Positions 53,421-64,000 are shown, counted from the stretch's first letter. The stretch: 64,000 nt of DNA from Candidatus Vogelbacteria bacterium RIFOXYD1_FULL_46_19 (GCA_001824825.1 MHTK01000006.1:127842-191841); one strand, 5' to 3'. Made by a program: numbers and translations. The notes: generated from the sequence alone by a model not told the origin.

Positions 53421-55259
53421 ATGTCTAAATCAAAAACCAAATCCCCGACCAAAACTGTGTCCCCCTCATCAAAACATATCTGGGACCTGTCCCCTTTGTA
53501 TCAGAGTGACACTGATCCTAAGATCGAAGCAGATCTCGCCCACTACCACCAACTTTCTTATCAATTCATCGACAAATGGAAAGATCGCACCGATTATTTA
53601 AAATCTCCACATATTTTAAAGGAGGCCTTGCATGACTACGAAGCTTGGCTCGAGGCGGGTGGCTCCTTGGGTGATATCGGCTATTATTTTTCGCTCCGCA
53701 GTGCCCAAGAAGAAAACAATCCGCAGCTGAAAGCCCGCTTAAACCAGCTAACCGACCTAGCCACCAAGATAGAAAATGACGCTCAATTTTTTACCATGCG
53801 CTTGGCCAAAGTACCAGCAGCCGCCCAAAAAAAGTTTTTACATAATAAAATTCTAGCCCACTACCACCACTTCTTAAAAAGATTATTTGATGAGGCTAAA
53901 TACCTCTTGTCCGAGCCGGAAGAAAAAATAATGAATTTGAAGTCAAACCCCGCCCACAGCCAGTGGGTCCAAATGACTTCATCACTACTAGCCAAAGAAA
54001 CTCGCCCCGTTTACGACAAAGATGGCAAACTCAAAAATTTGCCCTTGTCAGAGATCTCGAGCTTAATTTCTCATACTAGCCAAAAAATTCGTGACAAAGC
54101 CGCCGCCGCTATGAATGATATTTTAAGTAGTTTCACTGGCGTGGCCGAAGCCGAAATGAACGCTATTTTACTAAACAAGAAAATTAATGACGAGCTTAGA
54201 TGTTTAAGCCGGCCCGATACGAGTCGCCACCTGTCGGACGACGTAGAAACAGAAGTGGTGGACGCCCTCCTCGTGGCTGTCGAGGGCTTTTTTACCACCA
54301 GCCAGCGTTACTACAAACTTAAAGCCAAACTTTTAGGCAAAAAGAGGCTAGCCTACCACGAGCGCAATGTCCCCTACGGCCAAACGCGAGCCAACTATTC
54401 ATATGAGCAAGCGGTGGAGATAGTTGGGCGAACTTTCCAGAATCTGGACCAGGACTTTTATCGCCACTTTCAAAACTTTGTCGACCGCCGACAAATTGAC
54501 GTTTGGCCAAAGCCTGGTCGGTCAGCCGGGGCCTTTTGTGCCTCCGGCACTCCGAAGGCACCAGTGTACATTTTATTAAACCACACCAACCTACTCTCCG
54601 ATGTCTTAACCTTGGCCCATGAAGCCGGCCACGGTATTAATGATGAGTTTATGAAGACTAGCCAAGGCAGCCTCTATTTTGGTACCCCGCTCGTGACAGC
54701 CGAAGTAGCCAGCACTTTTACCGAGGACTTTGTCCTAACCGAGCTAATGAAATCGGCGGATGACGAAACCCGCTTAGCTTTACAACTAGCCAAATTAAAC
54801 GATGAAATTTCGACAGTGATGCGCCAAGTGGCTGCCTATCGCTTTGAGCAGGAACTCCACCTAGCCTTTCGCACCGAGGGTTATCTCTCATATGAACGTA
54901 TTGGGACTATTTTTACTAAACACATGAAAGCTTATATGGGTCCGGTGGTGGAGCAATCGGTCGGGTCGGGCAACTGGTGGATCTATTGGGGCCACTTCCG
55001 CAGTTTCTTTTACGTTTACTCTTACGCTAGCGGCATTATTATTTCCAAAGCCATGCAGGCTAAAGTAAAAAGTGATCCGGCCTTTATGTCTTATGTTAAA
55101 GACTTTTTACGCGCCGGTAGTTCGGCTACTCCTAGCGAAATTTTTGACCGCCTGGGTATTAATATTCGAGAACCGGCTTTTTGGCAAACTGGTTTAAAAG
55201 AAATTTCCGACCTACTAGTAGACACGGAAAAGTTAGCCAAAAAACTGGAAAAAGTTTAA
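53421..55259 (+). CDS. pepF: Oligoendopeptidase F (M3B family)
   Basis: HEAGHGINDEF zinc motif. Overall M3B length. Confidence 0.9.
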   Translation: MSKSKTKSPTKTVSPSSKHIWDLSPLYQSDTDPKIEADLAHYHQLSYQFIDKWKDRTDYLKSPHILKEALHDYEAWLEAGGSLGDIGYYFSLRSAQEENNPQLKARLNQLTDLATKIENDAQFFTMRLAKVPAAAQKKFLHNKILAHYHHFLKRLFDEAKYLLSEPEEKIMNLKSNPAHSQWVQMTSSLLAKETRPVYDKDGKLKNLPLSEISSLISHTSQKIRDKAAAAMNDILSSFTGVAEAEMNAILLNKKINDELRCLSRPDTSRHLSDDVETEVVDALLVAVEGFFTTSQRYYKLKAKLLGKKRLAYHERNVPYGQTRANYSYEQAVEIVGRTFQNLDQDFYRHFQNFVDRRQIDVWPKPGRSAGAFCASGTPKAPVYILLNHTNLLSDVLTLAHEAGHGINDEFMKTSQGSLYFGTPLVTAEVASTFTEDFVLTELMKSADDETRLALQLAKLNDEISTVMRQVAAYRFEQELHLAFRTEGYLSYERIGTIFTKHMKAYMGPVVEQSVGSGNWWIYWGHFRSFFYVYSYASGIIISKAMQAKVKSDPAFMSYVKDFLRAGSSATPSEIFDRLGINIREPAFWQTGLKEISDLLVDTEKLAKKLEKV

Positions 55260-55295
55260 TCGCGCTTAGAAATAATTAGTGATATACTGTCTCGC

Positions 55296-56285
55296 ATGAG
55301 TATTGGGGCCTACTATCTAATTATTCTACTGGCGCTTGCCGGCTGGCTGGTTTCCCTTCATATTTGGCAAAGCAAAAAAAGGAACCGCCCGCTTACTTGT
55401 CCGCTCAAGTCCGATTGCAACGCAGTCGTTACTAGCGATTTTTCCCGCCTCCTAGGTATACCATTAGAGCTTTTAGGCCTCCTTTATTATGGCCTCACAA
55501 TTATTTTTTATGCTCTGTTTATCGCCCTGCCCGCTTGGCAAGGACCGGCTGGCACCTTTATTCTACTCGTAGCCACCGCCGCCGCTTTTTTATTTTCCAT
55601 TTACTTAACTTTAGTCCAAGCTTTAGCCATCAGAGAGTGGTGCCTGTGGTGTTTGATATCGGCCGGCCTTTGTACTGCTATTTTTGCCACCGCAATTTTA
55701 GGTGGTGACCTGACTTTCGCCGATATGCTAACTCGCTACCGAGAATATATTGTCACCGCCTTTACGATTGGCTTAACTTTAGGGGTCGGGGCTTCCACGG
55801 TCTATAACGTACTGTATCTAAAATCACTCCGTGATTTAAAAATTTCTCAAGCTGAGCAAGATATTCTGCGGACCATTTCCCAAATCATTTGGTTAGGTTT
55901 AATTGTGATTATCGTTTCCGGTATCACGCTCTACGTATCAAATCCCGATGTTTACAACCAATCGATGAAATTCATCACTAGTTTACTAGTAATGGGCGTA
56001 ATAGTAATCAGTGACGCCCTACTTAATATTTTAGTAGCTCCTCAACTCATAGATATTTCCGCCGGCCGGCGTCCGGAGCACCGACCAGGAGAGCTACGCA
56101 ACTTACGTCGATTATCTTTTGGTTTATCAGCCGCTTCCGCGGTATCTTGGTACACCATATTAGCCCTAGCTCTGTTACCACTTAGCCTCAGCTCTTCTTT
56201 ACCTTTTTTGATTTTATCCTATCTCACCATCCTAGTAATTGGTATTATTTCTAGCCAGCTGATGGAATACAGCTTGGTTGTCTAA
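55296..56285 (+). CDS. Vitamin K epoxide reductase (VKOR) family membrane protein with extended C-terminal TM domain
   Basis: Loop cysteines TCPLKSDC. Active-site CxxC in TM (EWCLWCLISAG). Confidence 0.6.
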   Translation: MSIGAYYLIILLALAGWLVSLHIWQSKKRNRPLTCPLKSDCNAVVTSDFSRLLGIPLELLGLLYYGLTIIFYALFIALPAWQGPAGTFILLVATAAAFLFSIYLTLVQALAIREWCLWCLISAGLCTAIFATAILGGDLTFADMLTRYREYIVTAFTIGLTLGVGASTVYNVLYLKSLRDLKISQAEQDILRTISQIIWLGLIVIIVSGITLYVSNPDVYNQSMKFITSLLVMGVIVISDALLNILVAPQLIDISAGRRPEHRPGELRNLRRLSFGLSAASAVSWYTILALALLPLSLSSSLPFLILSYLTILVIGIISSQLMEYSLVV

Positions 56286-56853
56286 GTGTTTTTCCATGAA
56301 CCACCCTTGGGCGGAAGCAGCACGAGCTTTAAGCGATAATAAATTGGTAGTTCTACCCACCGATACCATCTATGGCCTAGCGGCCAAAGCTCTATCTCCT
56401 CTGGCAATAGCCAAACTAAACCAGGCCAAAGGTAATCGCACGAACAAACCATACATTATAGCTATCGCCAGTATCAATCAACTTCAAATTTTTCAAACCA
56501 AACTATCAACTACCCAGCAAGATTATTTAAGGCAAGTTTGGCCCGGCCCGACGAGTGTAATCCTAACTTGCCCCAGTTCAACTTGCCCTTATTTACATCA
56601 CGGAAAAAATACTTTGGCTTTCCGACTACCAACCTTTAAACCGCTGATTGATTTAATTGAGCAAGTTGGACCACTGGCTATCCCCTCCTCTAACCCATCT
56701 GGAGCTAAGTCAGCCACCTCTATAGCCGAAGCGGTGAGTTATTTCGGCCCAGAAGTAGCAGTTTATGTTAAGGCCGACCAAGAACCCTTGGCCGGTAAGC
56801 CTTCAACTCTCATCGATTTAACCACCAACCCGCCTACAATCATCCGCCCATAA
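56278..56853 (+). CDS. tsaC: L-threonylcarbamoyladenylate synthase (YrdC/TsaC family)
   Basis: VVLPTDTIYGLAAKALSP...KGNRTNKPYIIAIAS. Confidence 0.85.
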   Translation: MSKCFSMNHPWAEAARALSDNKLVVLPTDTIYGLAAKALSPLAIAKLNQAKGNRTNKPYIIAIASINQLQIFQTKLSTTQQDYLRQVWPGPTSVILTCPSSTCPYLHHGKNTLAFRLPTFKPLIDLIEQVGPLAIPSSNPSGAKSATSIAEAVSYFGPEVAVYVKADQEPLAGKPSTLIDLTTNPPTIIRP

Positions 56854-56908
56854 TTTAACAAACCAGCTTTAGGTTGCGCTGGCCTACTGGCTATATTATT
56901 ATCAACCA

Positions 56909-57247
56909 ATGACTGACCAAAACCTAATCAGCTATGAGGATTTCACTAAAGTTCACCTTCGCGTAGTCACTATATTAGAAGCGGAACGTGTCCCTAAGTC
57001 AGACAAGCTCCTACGCTTAACCGTAACCTTAGGTGAAGAAGAACGTCAGATTATTGCAGGGATTGGCCAGACCTATGAGCCAAGCACTCTCGTGGGCCAG
57101 CAAGTAGCCGCGGTAATTAATTTAGAACCAAGATCAATTATGGGACTAGAGAGCCACGGGATGATTTTAGCCGCCAGTACTGACCAAGGTCCGGTTATTT
57201 TGAGCCCAAGAAACAGCGAAGTGTTAGCTGGCAGCATTATTCGTTAA
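56909..57247 (+). CDS. tRNA-binding domain protein (CsaA/Trbp111-like)
   Basis: DFTKVHLRVVTILEAERVPKSDKLLRLTV...QIIAGI is the OB-fold tRNA-binding signature. Confidence 0.8.
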   Translation: MTDQNLISYEDFTKVHLRVVTILEAERVPKSDKLLRLTVTLGEEERQIIAGIGQTYEPSTLVGQQVAAVINLEPRSIMGLESHGMILAASTDQGPVILSPRNSEVLAGSIIR

Positions 57248-57266
57248 TTAGCTAAACTTAAACCTT

Positions 57267-58028
57267 ATGAAAACCAGTAATATTATCGTTATCATTGTAG
57301 TAATCTTGATCGTGGCCTTAGGCTGGTTGTTTTTACAACCAAAAGCTGACAAAGAAGCGGTTCCAACCGTAAATTCCTATGAGGAGTGTGTCGCGGCTGG
57401 TTATGCTGTATTGGAGTCATATCCAACCCAATGTCAGACTCCCGATGGCCGAACCTTTACGGCTGATGTGGGTAATGAACTAGAGAAAACCGACTTGATC
57501 CAAGTCTCCAATCCCCGACCGGGCCAAGCTATCAGTAGCCCCTTGGAAATTTCTGGTACAGCCAGAGGTACTTGGTACTTTGAAGCCAGTTTCCCTATCC
57601 ATTTAGAAGATGCCGCAGGTAATCGCCTGGCCACCAGTATTGCCGAAGCTCAATCTGATTGGATGACGGAAAACTTTGTGCCTTTCCGCAGTACTATGAG
57701 CTTTACGGCAACCTCAAGTGGCCCTTTCACTTTAGTTTTAGAAAAATCAAATGCCTCTGGCCTCCCCGAACACAGTGACGAGCTCCGCATCCCCGTCATA
57801 GTCAGCGACGGTAGCAATTCCACTGCCAGCCGAACCAGTGGTGGCTGTGTTATTACCGGCTGTAGCGCTCAAATCTGTGCCAGTGAAGATATGGCCAGTA
57901 CTTGTGAATTTAGACCCGAATACGCTTGCTATCAGTCCGCCAACGCCCGTTGTGCTAGGAATAGTGCCAACCAGTGTGCCTGGGTGGAAACAGCTGAATT
58001 AAAAGCATGCTTGGCTCAAGCTCAATAA
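57267..58028 (+). CDS. Membrane-anchored Gmad2 Ig-like domain protein with Cys-rich C-terminus
   Basis: PGQAISSPLEISGTARGTWYFEASFPIHLEDAAGNRLA matches the Gmad2/GerMN-associated domain. C-terminal CxxC-rich segment. Confidence 0.5.
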   Translation: MKTSNIIVIIVVILIVALGWLFLQPKADKEAVPTVNSYEECVAAGYAVLESYPTQCQTPDGRTFTADVGNELEKTDLIQVSNPRPGQAISSPLEISGTARGTWYFEASFPIHLEDAAGNRLATSIAEAQSDWMTENFVPFRSTMSFTATSSGPFTLVLEKSNASGLPEHSDELRIPVIVSDGSNSTASRTSGGCVITGCSAQICASEDMASTCEFRPEYACYQSANARCARNSANQCAWVETAELKACLAQAQ

Positions 58029-58053
58029 CCAAGCCAAAAGCCTGACCCTAAAC

Positions 58054-58079
58054 AAACCGGGCCCCTGGGCCCGGTTTTT
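58054..58079 (+). terminator. Rho-independent terminator
   Basis: aaaccgggcccc-tg-ggcccggttttt. Confidence 0.7.
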
Positions 58080-58128
58080 GGTTATCCGTTATTTATTGAT
58101 ATTAAGTAAGTTTGAGTCCCACCTTTAC

Positions 58129-58518
58129 TTACCATTGCTTGCGATAAGTTAAAGCGGTGGCCACCGCCGCAGCTAAAACTCCCAAGAGTGGGGCCGATTC
58201 CACCGATAAGCCAAATAAAAGTAAGAGCAGAAAATTATCCAGTGCTACTAGTATACTAACCCAAAAAACTAAACGTCGTGGTAAAAACCATAGCAAGAGT
58301 CCAACCGCCAGGAGTATTTCCACGATACCAAGCACTTGAAGGGCCGTCTGGAACTCGATAAAATTCAAAAAATCAACCACCGCCGCAGGCAAGGCCACCC
58401 AAACATCTTCGCGCACCAACGGTTTCGTTACAGTGCTATAGCCGGTGTACAACAACATTGAGCCTAATCCGACCCGTAAGAAAAAATTATTATTAAACTT
58501 TTTTAAAATCCGCTTCAT
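58129..58518 (-). CDS. Polytopic membrane protein, unknown
   Basis: Four TM helices. Confidence 0.4.
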   Translation of the reverse strand: MKRILKKFNNNFFLRVGLGSMLLYTGYSTVTKPLVREDVWVALPAAVVDFLNFIEFQTALQVLGIVEILLAVGLLLWFLPRRLVFWVSILVALDNFLLLLLFGLSVESAPLLGVLAAAVATALTYRKQW

Positions 58519-58543
58519 TAAGAAAGACCAAAATTTATTATTG

Positions 58544-59317
58544 TTACTCCAATAGTGTTAATAATAGCATCAAACTCACCCCCACAACAATGGCCCCCAG
58601 TTGAATCATAGCGGTTTTAGCGCCCACACTTTTATGCAACTCCGGTACCAAATCGGAACCGGCAATATAAATAAAACCGCCAGCGGCCAAGGCTAAAATG
58701 TAGGGCGTGGCACCCTCCAATTGGTTACCAATAACGAGGGCGGTAACTACACCCACCACCGCTAGTAAGGCGGATAATAAATTTAACAGTAAAGCTTTTT
58801 TGACCGAAAAGCCGGCGTGAAGTAAGACCCCAAAATCTCCAATTTCTTGAGGAATCTCATGTAAAATAACAGCCAAAGTAGTGGCCACCCCGACCGGCGG
58901 ACTAACTAAATAAGCGATACCAATCGCAATGCCATCAATCAGGTTATGAACCCCGTCAGCCGCCAAGTTTAAATAACCAAGTGGTTCCTGAGTCGACTCC
59001 AAATGATCCAGGGCTTCCGCCTCTGGCCCAGCTGGATGATGATGACTCCAACGAAAAAACTTTTCCAAAACAAAAAAAATCAACATACCACCGATTACCC
59101 AAAGAGCCATGGCCTGCGGTGACAAACCTGACTCATACACTTCCGGTAAGACGTGAATAAAAACGTCACCAAAGAGGGCCCCCACCGACAGGGCCACCAA
59201 TACAAAAACAGCTTTAGATAAAATTTGACGCCTTAATAATAAGGTAAAAATTCCAATTAATGAGATCAAACTGACGATCGCTACGCTCCCGATCGCTAGT
59301 AACCAGGGTGAAGTCAT
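58544..59317 (-). CDS. zupT: ZIP-family zinc transporter (ZupT-like)
   Basis: HEIPQEIGDFGVLLHAGFS ZIP signature. Eight TM helices. Confidence 0.85.
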   Translation of the reverse strand: MTSPWLLAIGSVAIVSLISLIGIFTLLLRRQILSKAVFVLVALSVGALFGDVFIHVLPEVYESGLSPQAMALWVIGGMLIFFVLEKFFRWSHHHPAGPEAEALDHLESTQEPLGYLNLAADGVHNLIDGIAIGIAYLVSPPVGVATTLAVILHEIPQEIGDFGVLLHAGFSVKKALLLNLLSALLAVVGVVTALVIGNQLEGATPYILALAAGGFIYIAGSDLVPELHKSVGAKTAMIQLGAIVVGVSLMLLLTLLE

Positions 59318-59474
59318 CACAAAATAGTAAAGTAACCAAGGTGATTAGTCAACCGAACACCAAAAGAAAGAAAGTCTTAGTGCTCGGTCAACCCCAAAGA
59401 ACGATTATGGTCAGAGTCAGGTTGGTTGTGCTACAATACCAAAATCGCAAGTTTTATCATTATATTTATTTTTT

Positions 59475-60212
59475 ATGGATGAAAAAAAATCTGTGCCCAG
59501 TTTGGGCACCCCGGTAGCTATTGTCATCGCCGGTTTGGTCATTGCCGGAGCGGTTGTCTATGGCAACTACCAAACCCCAGCTCCTAAAGCTGAGACTGAG
59601 GGTGGTGACTGGACAGCTTTATTTGAAAATTTAGAGCCAGTCAGTGCCAATGAACATATTCAAGGTTCACCCTCGGCCCCCATTACGATTATTGAGTACT
59701 CAGATTTAGAATGTCCTTACTGTAAAGTCTTTCATCAAGTGATGAACCAGTACATGGCTTCCAAACCGGACAGTGAGGTGGCCTGGGTCTACCGGCATTT
59801 CCCCTTAGACAGTATCCATACCAAGGCCAGGCCAGAGGCCATCGCCGCTGAATGCGCTAATAGCCTCGGTGGTAACACCGCCTTTTGGCAATTTATTAAT
59901 GAATTATTTACCATTACCCCATCTAATGATGGCTTAGACTTAGCGCAATTGCCGGTTATGGCCGAAAAAATTGGTCTTGATGTTACAGCGTTCAACACCT
60001 GCTTAGATAGTGAAGCCCCCGCCGAGCAAGTGGCCGACGATTATAACCGGGGTCTCGAAATCGGAGTTGACGGCACACCATTTGTAATTGTAGTCGGACC
60101 AAGTGGACAAGCTTATCCAATTTTCCGCCAGGATCCCTCAACTATTGAGGAGGAAGAGGTTCAAACCGTAATCACTGACCTGATAAACCTTTACAACGCC
60201 GAGTTGCAGTAG
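59475..60212 (+). CDS. DsbA-family thiol:disulfide oxidoreductase, membrane-anchored
   Basis: N-terminal TM. CPYC active site (ECPYCKVFH). Confidence 0.8.
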   Translation: MDEKKSVPSLGTPVAIVIAGLVIAGAVVYGNYQTPAPKAETEGGDWTALFENLEPVSANEHIQGSPSAPITIIEYSDLECPYCKVFHQVMNQYMASKPDSEVAWVYRHFPLDSIHTKARPEAIAAECANSLGGNTAFWQFINELFTITPSNDGLDLAQLPVMAEKIGLDVTAFNTCLDSEAPAEQVADDYNRGLEIGVDGTPFVIVVGPSGQAYPIFRQDPSTIEEEEVQTVITDLINLYNAELQ

Positions 60213-60235
60213 CTCTATCCCTTACAGTTTTAAAC

Positions 60236-60275
60236 TAAACCGCCCGCCAAAAGCTTCAGCTTTTGGCGGGCGGTT
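60236..60275. terminator. Bidirectional intrinsic terminator
   Basis: aaaccgcccgccaaaagc-ttcag-cttttggcgggcggttt. Confidence 0.7.
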
Positions 60276-60296
60276 TCTAAGTTACTACCCTCGTCG

Positions 60297-61619
60297 TTAG
60301 TACCCAAGCAATCGTTTAGACTTATCGTGCAAACGAATTTTTTCGTGAGCCTTAGCTTCAATCTGCCTAATTCGCTCGCGAGTCACCCCAAACTCCTTAC
60401 CCACTTCCTCTAGAGTACGCATCACTCCATCTTCTAACCCGTGGCGCATTTCTAAAATCTTCCTTTCCTTTAAAGTTAAGTCACTTAAAATTTCCTGAAT
60501 TTGATCTCGTAAAATACGACGCGACACTTCCTGATCAGGTGGAGCGATTTTATCGTCTGACACAAACTCCCCTAAAGATGATTTCTCATCATCGTCATCG
60601 GTAGGTTTGTCGAGCGAAGCGGTACTCTGATCAATTTTTTCAATCGTATGAATTTTTTCCACATCCACCCCCATTTCGGTAGCAATTTCCTGCGGCAAAG
60701 GCTCCCGACCCAAGTCCTGAGACAAGCGACGCACCACCTGCTTATATTTAGCGATAGTTTCCACCATATGAACCGGAATCCGGATAGTCCGAGACTGATC
60801 GGCGAGTGCCCGAGTAACAGCTTGTCTAATCCACCAAGTCGCATAAGTGGAAAACTTAAAACCCTTACGGAAGTCAAATTTCTCGACTGCTTTAAAGAGT
60901 CCGAGATTACCTTCCTGAATCAAGTCAAGTAAAGTCAGATCAGAACTGCGGCCAATGTATTTCTTCGCAATCGACACCACTAAACGTAAGTTGGCATTAG
61001 CCAGTGTTTTTTTTGATTCTTCATCACCCTCTAAAATCCGTTTAGCTAATTCACGTTCTTCAGGGCCGGTTAATAATTTGTGACGGCCAATTTCCTTTAA
61101 ATACATTTGAACGGAGTCTAAAGATGACTCAGAGCCATGACTACTTCGGCCCCGACTAGGCACTTCGGCTATATCATCTAAAAGCCCCCCCTCTTCCAGC
61201 ACATCAATGCCAGCCTCATCAAACTGAGCGTACAAATCCTCCAAAAAAATAATATTATTTTCAATGGCGGGAAATTCTTTTAAAAGTTCATTATAGGTAA
61301 CAAACCCCCGCTGACGACCCTTCCGAATTAGAATGGCCACTCGTTCCGTTAACTCTTCTTTACTAGACTTAATGCCAGTGACCGTTTTCTCCCCCCGCTG
61401 CTTTTTCTTAGTCACTTTCGAAGCTACTGCTTTATTTTTAGCTGCAACTTTGGTGGATCTATTAACTCTAGTTCCGACTTTAGTGGTTTTTTTCTTAGCC
61501 ACTGGTCGACGAACTTTGGACGGTCTTTTAGCTTTAGTAGCCACCTTAGTGGTCTTCTTAACGAGCTTCGGTCGAACTTTTTTTGCAGTTTTTTTTGTAC
61601 TTGTTTTTCTGGTAGCCAT
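60297..61619 (-). CDS. rpoD: RNA polymerase sigma factor RpoD (sigma70) with lysine-rich N-terminal extension
   Basis: Region 2.4 ([18 protein letters not shown]...[10 protein letters not shown]) and region 4 ([23 protein letters not shown]). Confidence 0.9.
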   Translation of the reverse strand: MATRKTSTKKTAKKVRPKLVKKTTKVATKAKRPSKVRRPVAKKKTTKVGTRVNRSTKVAAKNKAVASKVTKKKQRGEKTVTGIKSSKEELTERVAILIRKGRQRGFVTYNELLKEFPAIENNIIFLEDLYAQFDEAGIDVLEEGGLLDDIAEVPSRGRSSHGSESSLDSVQMYLKEIGRHKLLTGPEERELAKRILEGDEESKKTLANANLRLVVSIAKKYIGRSSDLTLLDLIQEGNLGLFKAVEKFDFRKGFKFSTYATWWIRQAVTRALADQSRTIRIPVHMVETIAKYKQVVRRLSQDLGREPLPQEIATEMGVDVEKIHTIEKIDQSTASLDKPTDDDDEKSSLGEFVSDDKIAPPDQEVSRRILRDQIQEILSDLTLKERKILEMRHGLEDGVMRTLEEVGKEFGVTRERIRQIEAKAHEKIRLHDKSKRLLGY

Positions 61620-61624
61620 GTGGT

Positions 61625-63382
61625 CTAGTAGTCTTTTTTATTAATAGCTTTTGAAATATCTTGGCATTTTTTTAAGTATTTGTCCATGAGCACTTCATCG
61701 TGCAAACTTTCGGCCTCTTTCATTTTTTTCATTATCAACTCCAATTCTGACTTTAAAAATTCTTGTCGGAAATTAGCTTCAAGTTCCTGTAAGGCTAGTT
61801 CCAGTTTGGTTTGATCGGTCCCGTATAAAATCTCGGCTGCTAATAACTTTTCCCCTTTCTGTGGTAGTAGTTTATCCATATTCACCTTAAGGTAAACCGT
61901 CCCCGCTAAATCCTCGAGCTGTCTATAGGACTTAGAAGTAGAGACGGATTCCCCACCATTTTCTTCCAACCACCACCACAAAGCGATAATTTGAGCTAAA
62001 ATACGATCCGTTCGCGACAAATCCCTCTCCCCTGGCTTGTTACCCACCAACGGCTCGCTTCGTGATGGTGCTAACTCACCATCACTCAACCTAGTTGGAA
62101 GCGGCGTATTTTTTAAGTCTTGCCAAACAATCTCTTCAGCCAGGCTGGTCACGTCAGCAATTTTTTTTACAAAATGTGCTTGATCAATAATATGAGTTAA
62201 GCGTAACAGCAGCGGATAAATTTGGTCTTTAATAGCATGAGCCCGAGCTCTTTGATCCTGATAGCGACGAGATAAAGTACGGAGATAAAAGTCTATCACG
62301 TGAACTGATTTCGTCACTGCCTCTTGAAACAACTCCGGCTTATCCCGCACCACATCGGCCGGATCGGCCCCCTCCGGCAAAGCGGCAATTCGCACTTCAA
62401 AACCCATAGCAAGAGCCATCTCCACCGCCCGCCTAGAGGCTGCCAGGCCGGCCTCATCACCATCGAAAGACATCACCAAATTCAAAGCTAAACGCTTTAA
62501 GTTAACCAAATGGCGATCAGTTAAGGCTGTGCCGGACACGGCCACCGAGTTTACCACCCCCGCCTGATGAGCCATAACTAAGTCCATTTGCCCTTCGACC
62601 AGGACCGCCATATCAGTCCGACGAATTTCTACCTTAGCTTCAGGGAAGCCGTACAGCAGTTTAGATTTATCGTAAACTATCGTTTGCGGCGAATTTAGAT
62701 ATTTCGCTTCATCACCCCTGGTTCCACTTGGGTCAAACAGCCGACCGGAAAAACCCACAATGGTTCCCGTAGTATCAGAGAGGGGAAACATAATCCGGCC
62801 GCGGAAACGGTCATAAACTTTTTTCCCACCGCTCTTGTTAGTCTCGCCCACTAACCCTGCTTTCACTAAAATAGCGTCCGTAAAACCTCGAGCTTTTAAG
62901 TAGTTGTAGATGTTTTGCCAACCAGGCGGTGCGAAACCAAGCCGAAACTTAGCCACACTCTCCGGAGTCAGTCCTCGCTCGCTCAAGTAAGTATTCACCT
63001 CCGCTGCCTCTTTTAACTGTTCCTCGTAAAAGAGAGCGGCAGCGGCCAGAGCGGTTACCACCTGGTCTTTATCAACGTCAGTTGAACCGGTCGCGGGGCC
63101 AACTTTAAACTCTATCCCAGCCCGATCGGCGAGAATTTTAACCGCCCCCATAAAGTCCACCCCTTCAATTTCCTCCACAAAAGAGATCATATCCCCACCC
63201 CGATTACAGCCGAAACAATGATAGCTTTGTCGCGACGGCGAAACAAAGAAGGAAGGACTTTTCTCATTGTGAAAAGGGCAGCGCGTTTTATAGTTAATAC
63301 CCGCTTTGTCTAACTTTAGATATGAAGACACCACGTCGACAATATTCAAACGATCCTTGATTTGTTCGACTGGTGTAGACAT
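61625..63382 (-). CDS. dnaG: DNA primase DnaG
   Basis: Zinc finger [11 protein letters not shown]...CFGC. TOPRIM EGQMD...DGDEAG. Confidence 0.9.
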   Translation of the reverse strand: MSTPVEQIKDRLNIVDVVSSYLKLDKAGINYKTRCPFHNEKSPSFFVSPSRQSYHCFGCNRGGDMISFVEEIEGVDFMGAVKILADRAGIEFKVGPATGSTDVDKDQVVTALAAAALFYEEQLKEAAEVNTYLSERGLTPESVAKFRLGFAPPGWQNIYNYLKARGFTDAILVKAGLVGETNKSGGKKVYDRFRGRIMFPLSDTTGTIVGFSGRLFDPSGTRGDEAKYLNSPQTIVYDKSKLLYGFPEAKVEIRRTDMAVLVEGQMDLVMAHQAGVVNSVAVSGTALTDRHLVNLKRLALNLVMSFDGDEAGLAASRRAVEMALAMGFEVRIAALPEGADPADVVRDKPELFQEAVTKSVHVIDFYLRTLSRRYQDQRARAHAIKDQIYPLLLRLTHIIDQAHFVKKIADVTSLAEEIVWQDLKNTPLPTRLSDGELAPSRSEPLVGNKPGERDLSRTDRILAQIIALWWWLEENGGESVSTSKSYRQLEDLAGTVYLKVNMDKLLPQKGEKLLAAEILYGTDQTKLELALQELEANFRQEFLKSELELIMKKMKEAESLHDEVLMDKYLKKCQDISKAINKKDY

Positions 63383-63483
63383 TTTTTATATAGCTTTTGA
63401 ACTAAACATCACCCAACTAAAGTTGGTCCATGAAAATACTACTTTAGTTGGAGCTGTCGGACCTCTAACAAAGCCGATACGGC

Positions 63484-64000
63484 TTAAGCCTTAAACTCCT
63501 GTTCTGCTTGTTCATTGTAGCCAGGAATCAAACCGGTGCCGGCCGGAATCAAGCGGCCAATGATGACATTTTCTTTCAAGCCCCGCAGCTTATCTTCGCC
63601 ACCTTTGATGGCAGTCTCAATCAGCACCCGCGTGGCATGCTGGAACGAAACGGCGGACAAGAAGCTAGAAGTGGTAAGAGCTACTTCGGAAATACCTAAG
63701 ATGACCGTCTCACCTTTAGCTTCCACTTTTTTCTCAGACTTAACTCGATCATTTTCGGCCACCAATTCCACATACTCCACTATTTCGTTAATACGGAATT
63801 TAGTATCGGCCGGATCTTTAACCTTACGGCGTGAAAACATCTGACGAATAATCAGCTCAATGTGCTTGCGCGAAATAGCCACTCCTTGCAACTGATAAAT
63901 AGCATTTACTTCCTTAATGATATAGTCTTCCACATCCAAGCGGCCGGCCAACTTCTGATATTGGACCAAGTCCACCGAACCATCGGTTAAAATTTGACCC
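63484..64000 (-). CDS. rpoC: DNA-directed RNA polymerase subunit beta-prime, C-terminal end (partial; continues beyond window)
   Basis: GLKENVIIGRLIPAGTG and the upstream conserved beta-prime C-terminal segment. The frame stays open to the window edge. Confidence 0.85.
   Translation of the reverse strand, partial: GQILTDGSVDLVQYQKLAGRLDVEDYIIKEVNAIYQLQGVAISRKHIELIIRQMFSRRKVKDPADTKFRINEIVEYVELVAENDRVKSEKKVEAKGETVILGISEVALTTSSFLSAVSFQHATRVLIETAIKGGEDKLRGLKENVIIGRLIPAGTGLIPGYNEQAEQEFKA

Overview
This window looks like a low-GC, small-genome bacterium of the candidate phyla radiation (Patescibacteria) type. Host genes mostly lack Shine-Dalgarno sites, several enzymes are domain-minimal or degenerate, and there is a type IV pilus operon.

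Recognisable host genes, in order:
- 1-4122: a four-gene cell-surface protein cluster.
- 4258-7531: a PriA-like gene followed by def and fmt.
- 8422-9377: two adjacent nucleoside 2-deoxyribosyltransferase-like genes.
- 10314-13972: cyclophilin, hpf, a DUF167 protein, pyruvate kinase and a SIMPL/DUF541 protein (minus strand).
- 14700-15479: uppP.
- 18391-19772: rimK plus a RimB-like protease.
- 20137-21337: rsmE and a CBS-domain protein.
- 22436-23371: a VanY-type peptidase.
- 24562-33094: a type IV pilus operon (pilin, PilM-like, three pseudopilins, PilC, PilB) headed by a histidine kinase and response regulator.
- 33424-34644: a DEAD-box helicase.
- 35171-40667: a glycan and mannoside catabolic cluster (GH18, three GH130 domains, phosphomannose isomerase cupin, eukaryotic-type phosphomannomutase).
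- 41015-45429: a glycerate module (2-hydroxyacid dehydrogenase, glycerate kinase, a truncated pyruvate-kinase-like barrel, enolase).
- 53421-64000: pepF, VKOR, tsaC, a tRNA-binding protein, a ZIP transporter, DsbA, rpoD, dnaG and the 3-prime end of rpoC.

The most unusual region is about 45.45-53.3 kb, next to tRNA-Asn(GUU). It holds about ten very small single-gene cassettes. Each has its own sigma70-like promoter, a strong GGAGGTGA ribosome-binding site (absent from host genes) and an intrinsic terminator. The cassettes are separated by repeated modules derived from the tRNA-Asn 3-prime end, and several carry GC-rich cargo. I read this as an integron-like accretion of miniature foreign cassettes at a tRNA, with no recombinase visible in the window.

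There are also GC-rich, ORF-incoherent intergenic islands that look like structured ncRNAs (14.15-14.67 kb and 34.90-35.05 kb) whose class I could not assign. Other points of note are an ATPase-dead PriA, a catalytically degenerate mini pyruvate kinase and a recent in-frame duplication in a pseudopilin.
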